Of a stretch of 64,000 nt of DNA, positions 1-14,239 are shown one piece after another. The first letter of the stretch is position 1; every line of letters begins with the position of its first letter. Position numbers and translations under genes: made by a program. Where the stretch lies: assembly GCF_009914755.1 (NCBI RefSeq), contig NC_060937.1; one strand, given 5' to 3'. The notes beneath the pieces are model-generated. The model worked only from the letters and a program-made list of their open reading frames with translations, did no database searches and was not told the origin of the DNA. The DNA comes from the human T2T-CHM13v2.0 reference genome, Homo sapiens.

Positions 1-525
1 TGTAAGTGAAATTTGTAAGGAGCAAAAATTGTAAGGAGCACCTCTTCCTACCATGAAGTTCAAAAACAATCACAAATATGGTGGTTTGATGAATGCTTTC
101 CTACTGCTTCATTCATTGTCCTGCATTTGTATGGTTATCATAAACTTGACTGATTTTTATCTTACAACAATTTGTATCCATTCATTCATTTCCCAACCTG
201 CTTATTCCAGTTCAGAATTGCTGGTGACTGGAGCCTATGTTGGCAGCTCAGGGTGCAGGGCACGAACCTGTGCTGGACAGGATACCATCCCATTACAGGG
301 CGCACTGACACATAAACACACACACACACACTCACTCATATGAGGACAATTAAGACACACCTAATGTGCACATCTTTGGGATGTGGGAGGAAATCAGAGG
401 ACCTGGAGGAAACCCACACAGGCATGGGGGAGAGCATGCAAACTCCACACAAACAGTGGCCCCCACATCTGATTCCTTTTTTCATGAATATTATAACTAA
501 ACAAAATTATTTGGGTAGCTGCTGT
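1..525 (-). mobile_element. MER6-like TcMar-Tigger DNA transposon fossil (left end probably outside the window)
   Basis: Contains the MER6/V-SINE-like core (gggaggaaatcagaggacctggaggaaacccacacagg...gcaaactccacacaaacagtggcccc). Degenerate TIR ends ...ttatttgggtagctgctg, followed by TA. Confidence 0.75.
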
Positions 526-904
526 AAATGATTTTTTTTTGAAAATATGTATTTTGCGTGTTTCTCTACTTTCAAATTTGCCTATAGTGATTGTGCATGA
601 TTTGAGAAACAGAGAAATAATATCACTACAATGTGGTTTGTACTTTTTCCTCTGTAATTTGTAGTTTTGTTCTAATTCTATTTGGTAGAAAAATTTCAAA
701 TTCTAGCAATATAGTGTTGCTTTAGAAAAGAAGATATATACTGGCAAAAAAAAAAAAAAAAAAAAAGGAAAACAAGCGTTTGTATTTCAACCAATCTGAG
801 CCAGTACTGGGTACCATTTTTAGTTGCTTAGCTTTATTTAGCAAGTGCTGGAGCTGGGGAGATACAGAGATAGATACTCCAAGACAGGGCCTCTGACCTT
901 AAGT

Positions 905-1320
905 TCAGTCCACTAAATATTTACTGAGTATTTTAATATACAACAGATATCCAGAGTGATAATATACAATCACTGCATCCTCAAAGATCTAGGAATACAG
1001 TTAATTACAGGAACAGGAAAATAAAATTAATAATGCAAGATAATATATATGAAGGTCAAATGAGTGACCTGAGAGTTCAGAGGAGTGAGAAATCATTTCA
1101 AGTTGGAATGAATAAAAAAGACTTCATGGGAGATGTGGAATTTGAATAAGTCTTATTGGATGGGGAATGCTTGAGTAAATGGTATGATAGAGGGCATTAT
1201 TTTATAGGGGGAATAGCTAACAAAGGGTATATAGATAGGAAGGCACAAGGCACATTTGGGAGACATGCATGAACCTGTTTAGTGGGTTCAAATTGCAGAG
1301 TGGTGGTAGATAACACCGGA
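905..1320 (-). mobile_element. L2 3' fragment
   Basis: Starts cagtccactaaatatttactgagta (reverse complement of an L2 3' end), followed by purine-rich L2-like sequence. Boundaries approximate. Confidence 0.5.
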
Positions 1321-1324
1321 ACGG

Positions 1325-1738
1325 TGTCTTAGTCCACTTTGCATTGCTACAAAGGAATACCTGAGGCTGAGTAATTGATAAAGAAAAGAGGTTTATTAAT
1401 ACTTGGCTCATAGTTCGGCCCACTGTACATGGCACCAGCATTTGCTTCACTGGTGAGGGCCTCAGGAAGCTTCCACTTATGGCAAAAGGCAAAGGGGAGT
1501 CAGCGTCACATGGTTGGAGAGGAGTAAAGTTGGGGGAGGGGATTTCAGGCTTTTAACCCACCAGTATTCCCATGAGCTAATAGGGTAAGAATGTGCTCAA
1601 TCCTGGGAGAGTGACACCAAGCCATTCATGAAGGATCCACCCCCATGACCCAAACACCTCCTACTAGGCCCCACCTCCAATACTGGGGATGAAATTTTAA
1701 CATAAGATTTGGAAGGGGCAAATATCCAAACTATATCA
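1325..1738 (-). mobile_element. MST-family (ERVL-MaLR) solo LTR
   Basis: tgtcttagtcc...gaatacctgaggctgagtaatt...aaatatccaaactatatca. 5-bp TSD aacgg/aatgg. Confidence 0.9.
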
Positions 1739-1835
1739 AATGGCAAGTAGAGATGAGATCTGATGGAAAGCATTCCTAATATGCATTCATAAAATGCTTC
1801 ATAAAACTTTTTTTTTAATGTTTCAGTTTCAACTG

Positions 1836-2231
1836 TGTGTTAGTCTGTTTTGTGTTGCTATAATGGAATACCTGAGACTTGATAATTTACAAAGAAAAGA
1901 GTTTTATTTGGCTCATGGTTCTGCAGGCTGTACAAGAAGCATGGTGCCAGCATCTTCCTGAGGTCAGGACCTCAGGAAGCTTTTCCTCATTGTGAAAGGT
2001 GAACAGGAAGCAGAGCAAGAGAGAGAGAAGGAAGGTCCCAGATACATTTTAACAACCAGAACTTTCATGAACTTAGAGTGGGAGCTCACCCATTACTGTC
2101 AGGAGGGCACCAAGACATTCATGATCGATCTGTCCACGTGACCCAAACACCTCCCACTAGTCCCTACCTCCAACACTGGCAATCACAGTTCAACATGAGA
2201 TTTTTAGGGGACACAGAGCCAAACCATCTCA
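1836..2231 (-). mobile_element. MST-family (ERVL-MaLR) solo LTR
   Basis: tgtgttagtctgttttgtgttgctataatggaatacctgagac...gccaaaccatctca. Confidence 0.9.
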
Positions 2232-4636
2232 CGATGTAAGCTTTCTTGGGCTGAAAAGCTAGGCTGTGTGTGATAAGGAGATAGTAATCTGTTGTGTTAT
2301 ACTTGCCTCTCACTTCTCACTCACCCATGAACCCCATTTTAAGAGGTACTTAGAATCCTCTGTAATGAATGAGAGCCAAAAGACCCTCTTCACATCACAC
2401 TGGCTTTCTTATGTTGTCCTGGGATTTTGATCTAGAACTTTGAATCTGGCTTTGCCACTCTGGCTATTTTCCACGCTGTTTACTACTCTCTTCACTTTGA
2501 TGGATGCCTTAATTCAGGTTATCGGTCTTGGCCTAGGGCATTATACACCATGATTCTAATTTTTGATTCTCAATTCCAAGGTCTTCCTTAGATCCCAATC
2601 TATAGTACTCAGTTAGGATCCCTAATGTAGAGAAATTTGGCATAGAAAGGAGTCTTCTTTGTTTTATCTCTGAAAATTTATTGGATGAAGTACAAAAAGT
2701 GGTTTGTATGTGTTTAAATAAATTAGCTCTTGGGAAGGCAATTTTGTAGCATAGTCCCCAAGGACAATGTTATACTGATGGTAATTTCATACACTGGTTT
2801 ATAAATTTGATGTACATTGTATCATGGTAGCAATTAAACCCCCAAGTCTCTTTTACAAATGTTTTAAAATGCTTTTCCTATTCCACCTACTCTCCTTGCT
2901 TGTCCTTCGCAAATCCTACCATCTGCAAAAGACAAAATAATTATCTTTATAAAGTAGCATACTTGAGCTGTGTTCATAAAATGCTCAATTATTCTGATAG
3001 ATGGTCACTGGATATGAGTGAGATAGTGGGAGAGGCCCATTAATGAATGTCATTGGTCAGTTTCCACCTCACTTGGCCCCACTCAGCTGCAGATACAGAA
3101 GCTCTTCCCTGCAGCAGGCTTCTCTCCTACCCAACTCCAAACTCATGCCGCCCAAGGCAGCAGTCTGTCAGTGGGCTCAGATGTAGCTAGTGATGGTCTG
3201 GAATAAGTTCACATTGAGTATCCCTAAGCATCTTCCCAATTCTCCCATATCATGTTTGCCCAAGTCTTATGACAGCATTCTGTGCATGATTTCCTTTTCT
3301 GTACTCTAGTTTTACCTTCAGGATGAATGTTATGCTTCTAATCCCAGCCCTTTTGGTTAGACCTTATACTCTTCCCACATCTTGTCAACAATTTCATGTG
3401 AATTCTCCCTAGAACACTCTTAAGAGCAAAAGGACAGCTCAGAACCACAAAATTGACACGGCTCTGGTTCTTAGGAGGGCCGCCTGAGTATCCTTATTAG
3501 AGTAATTGACCCAGAGTTTGTCACCTCTCTTTGCAGTGTTTGAAGTGTTGCTTACTGCTCTATCCTGAAGGTTGTATAAGGAAATATGCATAAGAACACA
3601 TTTAGTTTAGCAACTACTTATTTAATTCTTAATACGTAGAGGAACAAGCAAGGTAAATGTTTAGGAAGTTAGGTGTGCATTGCCTTCTTTTGGTATGTAA
3701 CATAACAATTATTGTTTATCCAAAAGAATGTGAGACATCTGTTTTACAATTTATAGCTACACATTTTTTTCTGTACAGTAGCTTTAAAATTTCTAATGAC
3801 TATATCTTTAAACCTTTATCTTTAAAATTAAAATTGCATTTTCAAATGAGTGCTGAGTTTTTATATAGTAATATGTGACTAGATATCCATTTAACGATGC
3901 TATTCTAGAAAATGTTTGATGCTTCATATAATTCGCCTATTGTATTTACTGAGTGCCTACTAAGTGCAAGGAACTGTATGCTCTATGCTGTAAAGCATAT
4001 AAAATGAATAAAGCATGGTCCTTGCCCTCTAATATGGAGGGATTAAGACATTACACATAGACATAGAGCATGGTAGGCAATATAATCTTTAAAGGACAAC
4101 AAAGTTGTTTGATTAATATTGGCATGATCTTAGCTCTTGGCCATGATGCAAATTATGCCTGGCTTAATTGTCTCCATCAGTTTGAAGGAGCAGATGCTGA
4201 GGTGTATAGACAGATGCAGAGATTCCCTTGGGGGCACTTAATCTGTGCCTTCTTATGGAGATGGGGGATGCCCACTGATTTCAATTGACATTACTTTCAT
4301 TAAGAACAGTGTGGCAGGCCTTTTCTCAAACTGTATTCAGCTATGTACAACCTGTGTCTGAACATTCTTCAGCAGCTACAAAGATAGCCTAGTGGATGAC
4401 AAAATGCATATCTTCATGTCAAGCTAATTTGGGGAACATTTCATCACTTAGCTTCACAATGTGAAGAACATTAGTAATTCAGTGGCGTATGAATTTCCAT
4501 CCATTCCCTTTGTGAAGATGTTTACACTGCATAAAAATGGTGGCGGGCTGGAGGGTTGGGAAGAGCAGGGTCCTGGAGTGGGGTCATGTTTTTGTGTCGC
4601 TTTGACACCCTGTCCCCATGGTTCCTTTCCTTCCAG

Positions 4637-4681
4637 AATGTCGGTGGCTGCAGCGACAGTGGAGCGAATACCTGGCTGAAG
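4637..4681 (+). other. Candidate 45-nt cassette micro-exon, host gene unidentified
   Basis: Acceptor ttcctttccttccAG with about 57 nt free of AG upstream. Donor AAG|GTgggg. Length divisible by 3, two stop-free frames, locally elevated CpG. Confidence 0.4.
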
Positions 4682-5409
4682 GTGGGGTGGCGGTTTATTA
4701 GCACCTATGCTCCTCGCTGGTGATGTCCTTCATGCTAACTCTGTCTGGGTTATTCAGGAATCTTTTTTTAAAAAGTTTCTTTTCTATACTTTTGGATTTA
4801 TTCAGAATAAGGTTTGGTGTGAAACTGTTTCTTCTGGGTTGGAACAAAGAATTTTTTAAATGCAGATTTTGTGAGGGAAGAAGATTCCAGACATTAGATC
4901 TCTCGGGAACTGCCCATCTGTGAAAAAATTATATTCCTGTTGGACTAGAGTGTTGGCAATTGCAAAATGGACTGCTACTGCGAGCCATTTATTCTGTCTC
5001 ACTGGACAGAGTAAATTGTTTCCTAATTGGAGTTATGTCATGACATGAACTGTAAAATATGGTAGCAATAACTTAGTCTCAGCTTAAAGAAATGACAGAA
5101 AATCATCTGCTTTCACAGAAAGCATTTCTTTTTCAACTAGAATGTGAGATAATGTTAAAAAAAGTAAAACTTTTCTGCAACACTATTTTACACATTAATT
5201 TACAATACATTTTTTGCAATATTTTAAAAGAACTAATTAAAACCTATTTTCTGTATGTGCTCAAAAATAAATAACATCATTTTAAATAAGTAAATCGGTT
5301 TTTTGAACATAATCTCATTGATCATTTTATGTCCTATAGATCATAGACATAATTGCTGGCTTTAGGATGAAATCTGTGGTATAGAAAACTTGCCTGCCAG
5401 ATATTAAGA

Positions 5410-5480
5410 CATATGTATGTATGTAACAAATACGCACACACACACTCATACACACACATACACATATGCACACACACACT
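5410..5480. repeat. (CA)n/(TACA)n degenerate microsatellite
   Basis: cgcacacacacactcatacacacacatacacatatgcacacacacac. Confidence 0.9.
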
Positions 5481-5534
5481 ATGTCTGTATTAAAAACATC
5501 CATTAACAAATTATGGTATTTAGTATATGACAAT

Positions 5535-7100
<1,566 letters not shown>

Positions 7101-9075
7101 TTTTTCATTGTAGACACACATTTCTTCTGTATTCAAAAAACAAATGTAACCTTGAAAAGATAATTCTTGAAGGATGGATTAAAAAGATGAGTGACTGGAG
7201 ACAGGAAAACAATTTAGGAGACTTTAAAAGACCCTGGGGAGGGCTGTGAGGGGTGGACCCAGGGCAGAGATGAAGGGATTGTGAAGTGGGGGACTGAGGT
7301 GAGACTCTGGAAGGTGAAGCTTAAGAGGAGAGACCAGCTCTGACACACAGATGATGACTAATCTGGGGTTGGAGCCTCAACTCCTAGTCCAGTGCTTTCT
7401 CAGTATCTCCCAAAAGGCCTCACGTAAGAGGTACCATCAGCCCATCACACAGCTCCACACAGACTCTTGGGGCCTGGGACTTGGGTGTGGATGCACACAG
7501 AGCACACTCGAAGCAGATAACAAAACCTATGTTAGCTAGTTCCTGTATAGGCAGCAATTTCAGTTCTCATTTCCCACTTACATGTTGTCACATGAGACCA
7601 GGTAAAAGCAACATCATCTTTTCCAAGGGTCCCTTGGGCTGTTCTGTGTTGCATGGTGACCTGAAGCTTATAGCACCATTGCATCAGCCTTCTCAGGGAC
7701 AAGCAAGCATCTCTCTGACTGACTCCATAGGAACCCAGAATTCCTTCCTGCACTCCACTTGAAGCCTGACTATAGTATGTAGTCTGCACAACCCATGCTC
7801 AAACCTTTTGGTTCCTGTTTACAAAGATCTGCTCATAAGCATGAGGCAATCCACACAGGGTCTGCTCTGAAGCCAGCTTCATCATTGCTGTAAACAGTTA
7901 TTGGGAAAATTTTTGATTGTGGCCAAGCCATGTCTCACCCTTGAGCTCCTTCCAGACCCCTGGGCACACCAGCTAATGTGCATAACCAACAGCTCAACAT
8001 AGGGTAGGCAGTGTCACACAAAGGATATTAATTTCATGTGGGATACCTCTCTCTGGGGCATGCTGACTTTTTATTTGTTTATACAGAAACAATTGTTAAA
8101 ACATCTGCTACAATACTGTGAAATCTTTTTGAAAATTGGACCTTTTGCTCGAGCAGCACAGCTGAGAAAGCTCGTGTTTATCAAAGTAGAGATAAATTGT
8201 ATGTTGACAAAATGAATTCAGTGGAGTATCTGTTATAACATTTCATGAGAGCAAGTACAATGTCAACCAAAGCTTTCCTGCATTAAATAGGAAATACCTT
8301 TGTCTGTTTGAAGCTTTAAAGCTCATTAGTATGCTATTACCTTGACTTTTTAAAATTGTATGACTCTATCATATAGAATGCTCCATATAAACTTTTGTGG
8401 AAAACAATTTTAAATACAATTCAAAATATATCTGAGGGCTGACCTGGTATGGTAGAGAAGATAAGTTCAAAATGTCATTACTTTTTCTCCTTCGGTAGAA
8501 GATTGAACAACTTTTCTGATTTTAAAGTTATTACATGCTCACATCAGCATCCCTAAGGAGCTGATATTGACCTATGAACATGCAAAAGCAATAGTCCTGC
8601 TGTTTTGCTTCTATAATGCAACAGAAAAACATTTGGCTTATACAATTAAGATAATCTGATTGCATCACAGACCTGTCTTTTTTGAGTTTAAGTGATTTCT
8701 GTCTCGTGTCGTATGGAAGAAAATATAATTTTTCCCATCTTTTAGTATCAGAAAATTTGCAGATCTTGTTGCTGAATGGCTTATCTTTAGAAGAAATTTT
8801 GAAATTGCAACATGAGTACCAGTTTTCACATGTGATAATTGATATGATTTACTGGTAGCTTTTTTAAGCAGAAGCATGTGTCTGGTGGGAAGTGAAAATT
8901 CAATCTGTTTGTGGTTTGCCCTCCTTGATATCAATCACAGATTTTAACTGATTTGCCTAGTTGCTTAGGCATCTTGTAGAGAAATTTTAGAATGAAGAAA
9001 CTCCAGTGTATTAAATTCAATCTGTTACCTTGCTGATCAAGACACTTGCTTTTGCTGGGCTCAATTTGCTCCATT

Positions 9076-9116
9076 TCTCTCTCTCTCTCACGCACGCGCA
9101 CGCACACACACACACA
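9076..9116. repeat. (CT)n-(CG/CA)n compound microsatellite
   Basis: tctctctctctctcacgcacgcgcacgcacacacacacaca; the alternating purine-pyrimidine part is Z-DNA prone. Confidence 0.9.
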
Positions 9117-11304
9117 ATCAGAATGAAATAACATAGCAGAGACATTTTAATCTGCTTTAGAGAAAAATAAAAAGTGTAGTATTAAACAATCTATTGTTTA
9201 ATCTCTAAAATTAATCTATTTTAGAGAAACATAAAAATATAGTATTACTAGGACTCTGTCTTTTCTGTTTAAGTAATATGCTACGCCAATATTGTGATGC
9301 CTAGCTGGTAGCTTGAGATCTGACCTCACAATGACAATGCTTTATTGCTCCCTTCATGCAGATGCCTGGTAACCAGGAGTCCTAGTTTAGCTCTTCAACA
9401 CTCTTAGAAAATAATCTTTAGTTTCAGTGGATTTGAAAGCCTATTGATCTGCCACTAGTTAGACCCATAGACTAGCCACACCAGGTTTCTTACCCAAAAT
9501 TTTAACCCTGAAGATCCTACTACTTAATCATTTTCAAAAACTCCATTTAGAAGAACAAAATGAATACATTTGACTATTTAATATTTAAAACCTGGCCTAA
9601 AGGAATAATATTAACGTATATGAATATCTAATATTCATAGCTATGTATGCTATAGCTTTACCATTGGGGCAAGCCAGACCATGAAAGAACTGTACCCCAC
9701 ATTATATACATTTGCTTTCTGCTTCACATTTGGGTGTTATGACATCAGCTGCCCTCCCAGACCCACCGTTCTAGGGTACAGCAGAACTCAAAGTGTTTGT
9801 CAACTTGGACTTCCGCCTGTCCACTAGCTTGCCTTAAGCAGATTCTGAGGAGCTGCACTCAAGATTGATCCCCTATGTTCTTTTGGTCTCATATTCTCTA
9901 GCCTTTCTTGTAACAGGCATACCAGGTCAAATGAGGGACATCTGTCCATTTGCAAACAAGCCAACCTCATCCCTGAGGTCAGTGATGAAGTGCTGAGTAA
10001 CGAACTGGAAAAGCAAATAAGTAAAGGAGTTAGGAAGGACACTTTCTTATTCGGAGCTCACTAGAGAATGTGATTTTTCCTGAACAACTGCATACTTCCT
10101 AGTATGCCTTTTGGTAAACTACCCAGGTTTCCCACAATATGTACCTGATATGGAGAGGGAAAAAAGCAAACCATGGCGGTCTAAGCAGCTTAGATTTGAT
10201 AAAAATAATAAGGTAATTGCATACATTTTGCTTTTGTTTTGTCTCTAAAACCATTGTCTTTCTCATGGGTCAAACTGGGCTAGTGGGCTGAGGATATTTT
10301 GTTTTTGAAAGGGTTTTAATAGCATCTCTGACCAAATTTGCTTCACTTAAAATATTCTTTAGTGAAACAAGATTACCTCCTCCCACCTCAATCCCCTACA
10401 ACCCAGTTTATTAACTATGAGATCTAATGAAATTATTCTCAGCTGGTCCCAGAAAAACAACATACTCTGTTTACCAGCTTTTTTTAATCAACAGGATTAA
10501 GACATGTAGCTTCCAATTATGCATACAAAAGGAGAAATGGTGATGTTTTTGCTTTGTCTGAACAGAGTGGTTCCTTCAGTTCATTTTCCAAACCCTTCTG
10601 CCAGAACAAGCTGGTTCTTCTGGGAAGACGGAACTGCCTACGGCCATATGCACCCATCTGTTCTTCTCTGCAAAAATGTCTTGGCCTTTTCCACACAGAG
10701 CCAGTGGGTGGTGGGGGTGACCACTGCAGGTGGACAGGCCAGGTAAGCCTCGGTCAGGTAAGGGGACATTCGTGGTTAAATGTGCAAGTATAAGAAAACC
10801 ATTAAAAAAGAAGAGTTTGCTGTAACAAAGTTACTTCTCTGCCCCTGCTGTGGGCCATTAGTTATTTCTCTGCAGAGAAATAACTTTCTTAAAGCAAACT
10901 CTGCTTTGTAATGGTTTTCTTATTGGCCCACAGCCCTCTGCTGGCCCTATACTCTGAATCTTCTTATAGAAATGCTCTTCTTGGTCTTTGCTAGACATTG
11001 TCAAATAGCTTGTTTATGTGCTGTTTGCATTGCAGCTCTGAGATCACACCTGTATGCAGTTCTATAATTCTTTTGCCAAGGACAACAATTAGCTTCTGGT
11101 TTTTTTGTTTGTTTGTTTCCTTGCTTAATTTATATTTCAACAACTCCTGGAAAATACACTTGAATTTGCAACCTCCACAACAGGATCACGCGGGAAGCAT
11201 ATAGGAGCTTGTGGAAGAATGGGTTGAGAGAAGGAAATTGATGTTTCTTTTTTATTTATTTTATTTTAAGGGTAAAATTATTATGAATACTACTGTTTTT
11301 AAAT

Positions 11305-13462
11305 ATTTTATTTCCATAGGTTTTGGGGGAACAGGTGGTATTTGGTTACATAAGTTCTTTAGCCATGATTTGTGAGACTTTGGTGCACCCGTCACCCAAG
11401 CAGTGTACACTGAACCCAATTTGTAGTCTTTATTCCTCACCCCCTCCCACCCTTTCCCCCTGTGTCCCCAAAGTCCATTTTGTCATTCTTATGCATTTGC
11501 ATCCTCATAGCTTAGCTTCCATTTATGCGTGAGAGCATTCAATGTTTGGTTTTCCATTCCTGAGTTACTTCACTTAGAATAGTAGTCTTCAATCCCAGCC
11601 AGGTTGCTGTAAATGCTGTTAATTCATTTCTTTTTTATGGCTGAGTTGTATTCCATTGTGTATATATACCACCGTTTCTTTATCCACTTATTGATTGGTG
11701 GACATTTGGGTTGGTTCCACATTTTTTCAATTGCAAATTATGCTGCTATAAACATGCATGTGCAAGTATCTTTTTCATATAAAGACTTCTTTTCCTCTGG
11801 GTAAATAGCCAGTAATGAGATTGCTGGATCAAATGGTAGTTCTACTTTTAGTTCCTTAAGGAGTCTACATACTGTTTTCCGTAGTGGTTGTACTAGTTTA
11901 CATTCCCACCAGAAGTGTAGAAGTGTTCCCTTTTCACCACATCTCCACCAACATCTATTATTTTTGATTTTTTGACTATGGCCATTCTTGCAGGGGTAAG
12001 GTGGTATCATATTGTGGTTTTGATTTGCATTTCCCTGATCATTAGTGCTGTTGAGCATCTTTTCATATGTTTGTTGGCCATTTGTATATCTTCTTTTGAG
12101 AACTGTCTATTCATATTCTTAACCCACTTTTTGATGGGATTTTTTTTTCTTGCCCATTTGTTTGTGTTCATTGTAGATTCTGGATATTAGTCCCTTGTCG
12201 GATGTATAGATTGTGAAGATTTTCTCTCACCCTGTGAGTTGTCTGTTTACTCTGCTGACTGTTCCTTTTGCTTTGCAAAAGCTCTTTAGTTTAATTAAGT
12301 CCCACCTATTTATCTTTGTTTTTATTGCATTTGCTTTTGGGTTCTTTGTCATGAAATCCTTGCCTAAGCCAATGCCTAGAAGGGTTTTTTCCGATGGTAT
12401 CTTCTAGAATTTTTATAGTTTCAGATCTTAGATTTAAGTCCTTGATCCATCTTGAGTTGATTTTTGTATAAGGCGAGAGGTGAGGATCTAGTTTCATTCT
12501 CCTACATATGGCTTGCCAATTATCCCAGCACCATTTGTTGAATAGGGTGTCTTATGTTTTTGTTTGCTTTGTCAAAAATAAGTTGGCTGTAAGCATTTGG
12601 GTTTCTTTCTGGGCTCTCTATTCTGTTCCACAGGTCTATGTGCCTATTTTTATACCAGTACCACGCTGTTTTGGTGACTATGGCCTTATAGTATAGTTTG
12701 AAATCAGGTAATGTGATGCCTCCAGATTTGTTATTTTTGCTTAGCCTTGCTTTGGCTATGCGGGCTCTTTTTTTGGTTCCATATTAATTTTAGGACTTTT
12801 TTTTTTTAGTTCTGTGACAAATGATGGTGGTATTTTGATGGGAATTGCATTAAATTTGTAGATTGCTTTTGGCAGTATGGTCATCTTCACACTATTGATT
12901 CTACTCATTTATGAGCATGAGATGTGTTTCCATTCCTTTGTGTCATCTATGATTTCTTTCAGCAGTGTTTTGTAGTTTTCATTGTAGAGAGGTCTTTCAC
13001 CTCCTTGGTTAGGTATATTTCTAAGTATTTTATTTTATTTTATTTTTGAAACTATTGTAAAAGGGGTTGAGTTCTTGATTTGATTCTCAGCTTGGTTGCT
13101 ACTGGAGTATAGCAGAGCTACTGATTTGTGTACATTAATTTTGTATCCTGAAACTTTGCTGAATTCATTTATTAGTTCTAGGAGCTTTTTGGAGGAGTCT
13201 TTAGGGTTTTCTAGGTACACGATCATATCAACAGCAAACAGTGACAGTTTGACTTCCTCTTTACTGATTTGGATGCCCTTTCTTTCTTTCTCTTGTCTGA
13301 TTGCTCTGGTTAGGACTTCTAGTACTATGTTGAATAGAAGTAATGAGAGTGGGCATTCCTGTCTTGTTCCAGTTATCAGGGGGAATGCTTTCAACTTTTC
13401 TGCATTCAGTATTATGTTGGCTGTGGGTGTGTCATAGATGGCTTTTGTTACATAGAGGTATG
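11305..13462 (-). mobile_element. 5'-truncated L1 (older L1PA/L1PB, about L1PA15-16)
   Basis: 3' end is the reverse complement of ttttatttccataggttttgggggaacagg. ORF2 fragments in the ORF track (13035..13394, 12306..12497, 11738..12058). Putative TSD gatgtt(t/c)ctttttt at 11240-11253 and 13463-13476. Confidence 0.95.
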
Positions 13463-13487
13463 GATGTTCCTTTTTTTGAAAAAAATT

Positions 13488-14027
13488 ATTTGATCCAGCA
13501 ATCCCACTACTGGGTATCTACCCAGAGGAAAACAAGTCATTATACGAAAAACATACTTGCACACCTATGTTTATAGCAGCACGATTCTCAATTGCAAAGG
13601 TATGGAACCAGCCCAAATGCCCATCAAACAATGAGTGGATAAAGGAATTGTGTTATATATACACTATGGAATACTGCTCAGCTATAAGGAGGAATGAAAT
13701 AATGGCATTCGCAGTGACCTGGATGGAATTGGAGATTATTATTCTAAGTGAAGTAACTCAGGAATGGAAAACCAAGCATCGTATGTTTTCACTTATAAGT
13801 TGGAGCTAAGCTACGAGGATACAAAGGCATAAGAATGATACAATAGACTCTGAGGACTTGGGGGAAAGGATGGGAGGTGCTGAGAGATAAAAGACTATGC
13901 TGTACATTGGGTATAGTGTACACTGCTCGGGTGATGGGTGCACCCAAATCACAGAAATCACCACTAAAGAACTTATTCATGTAACCAAACACCACCTGTT
14001 CCCCAAAAACCTATTGAAATAAAAAAA
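13488..14027 (+). mobile_element. 5'-truncated L1 3' end of the same older L1PA/L1PB class
   Basis: atttgatccagcaatcccactactggg...ORF2 C-terminus (13567..13809)...ccccaaaaacctattgaaataaaaaaa. Confidence 0.95.
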
Positions 14028-14239
14028 GTGCAAGAAATTTACATGTGCCAGTGCTTTTTTTCACTTAATCTCTCTCTCTCTCTCTCAGCTGTTTTATTTC
14101 TAGGTCCTTAATTCTAATAATATGTGACTTCCTAACATTTCATTTGACTAAAAATTACAAAACTGATCTGAAATTCACCATAGTGGGGTTTTACCATGTG
14201 GGTAAAGTGGACCCACAGACTTAAAAATTGTAGAATCTG

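Noticed and set aside
1325-2231. Two same-orientation MST LTRs as a collapsed provirus
   Set aside because: The first LTR has its own TSD (aacgg/aatgg), the two are quite diverged and the 97-bp spacer is not internal MaLR sequence. They are independent solo LTRs.
11305-14027. Classical twin-priming L1 inversion
   Set aside because: Both halves include the same L1 3' end and have separate tails.
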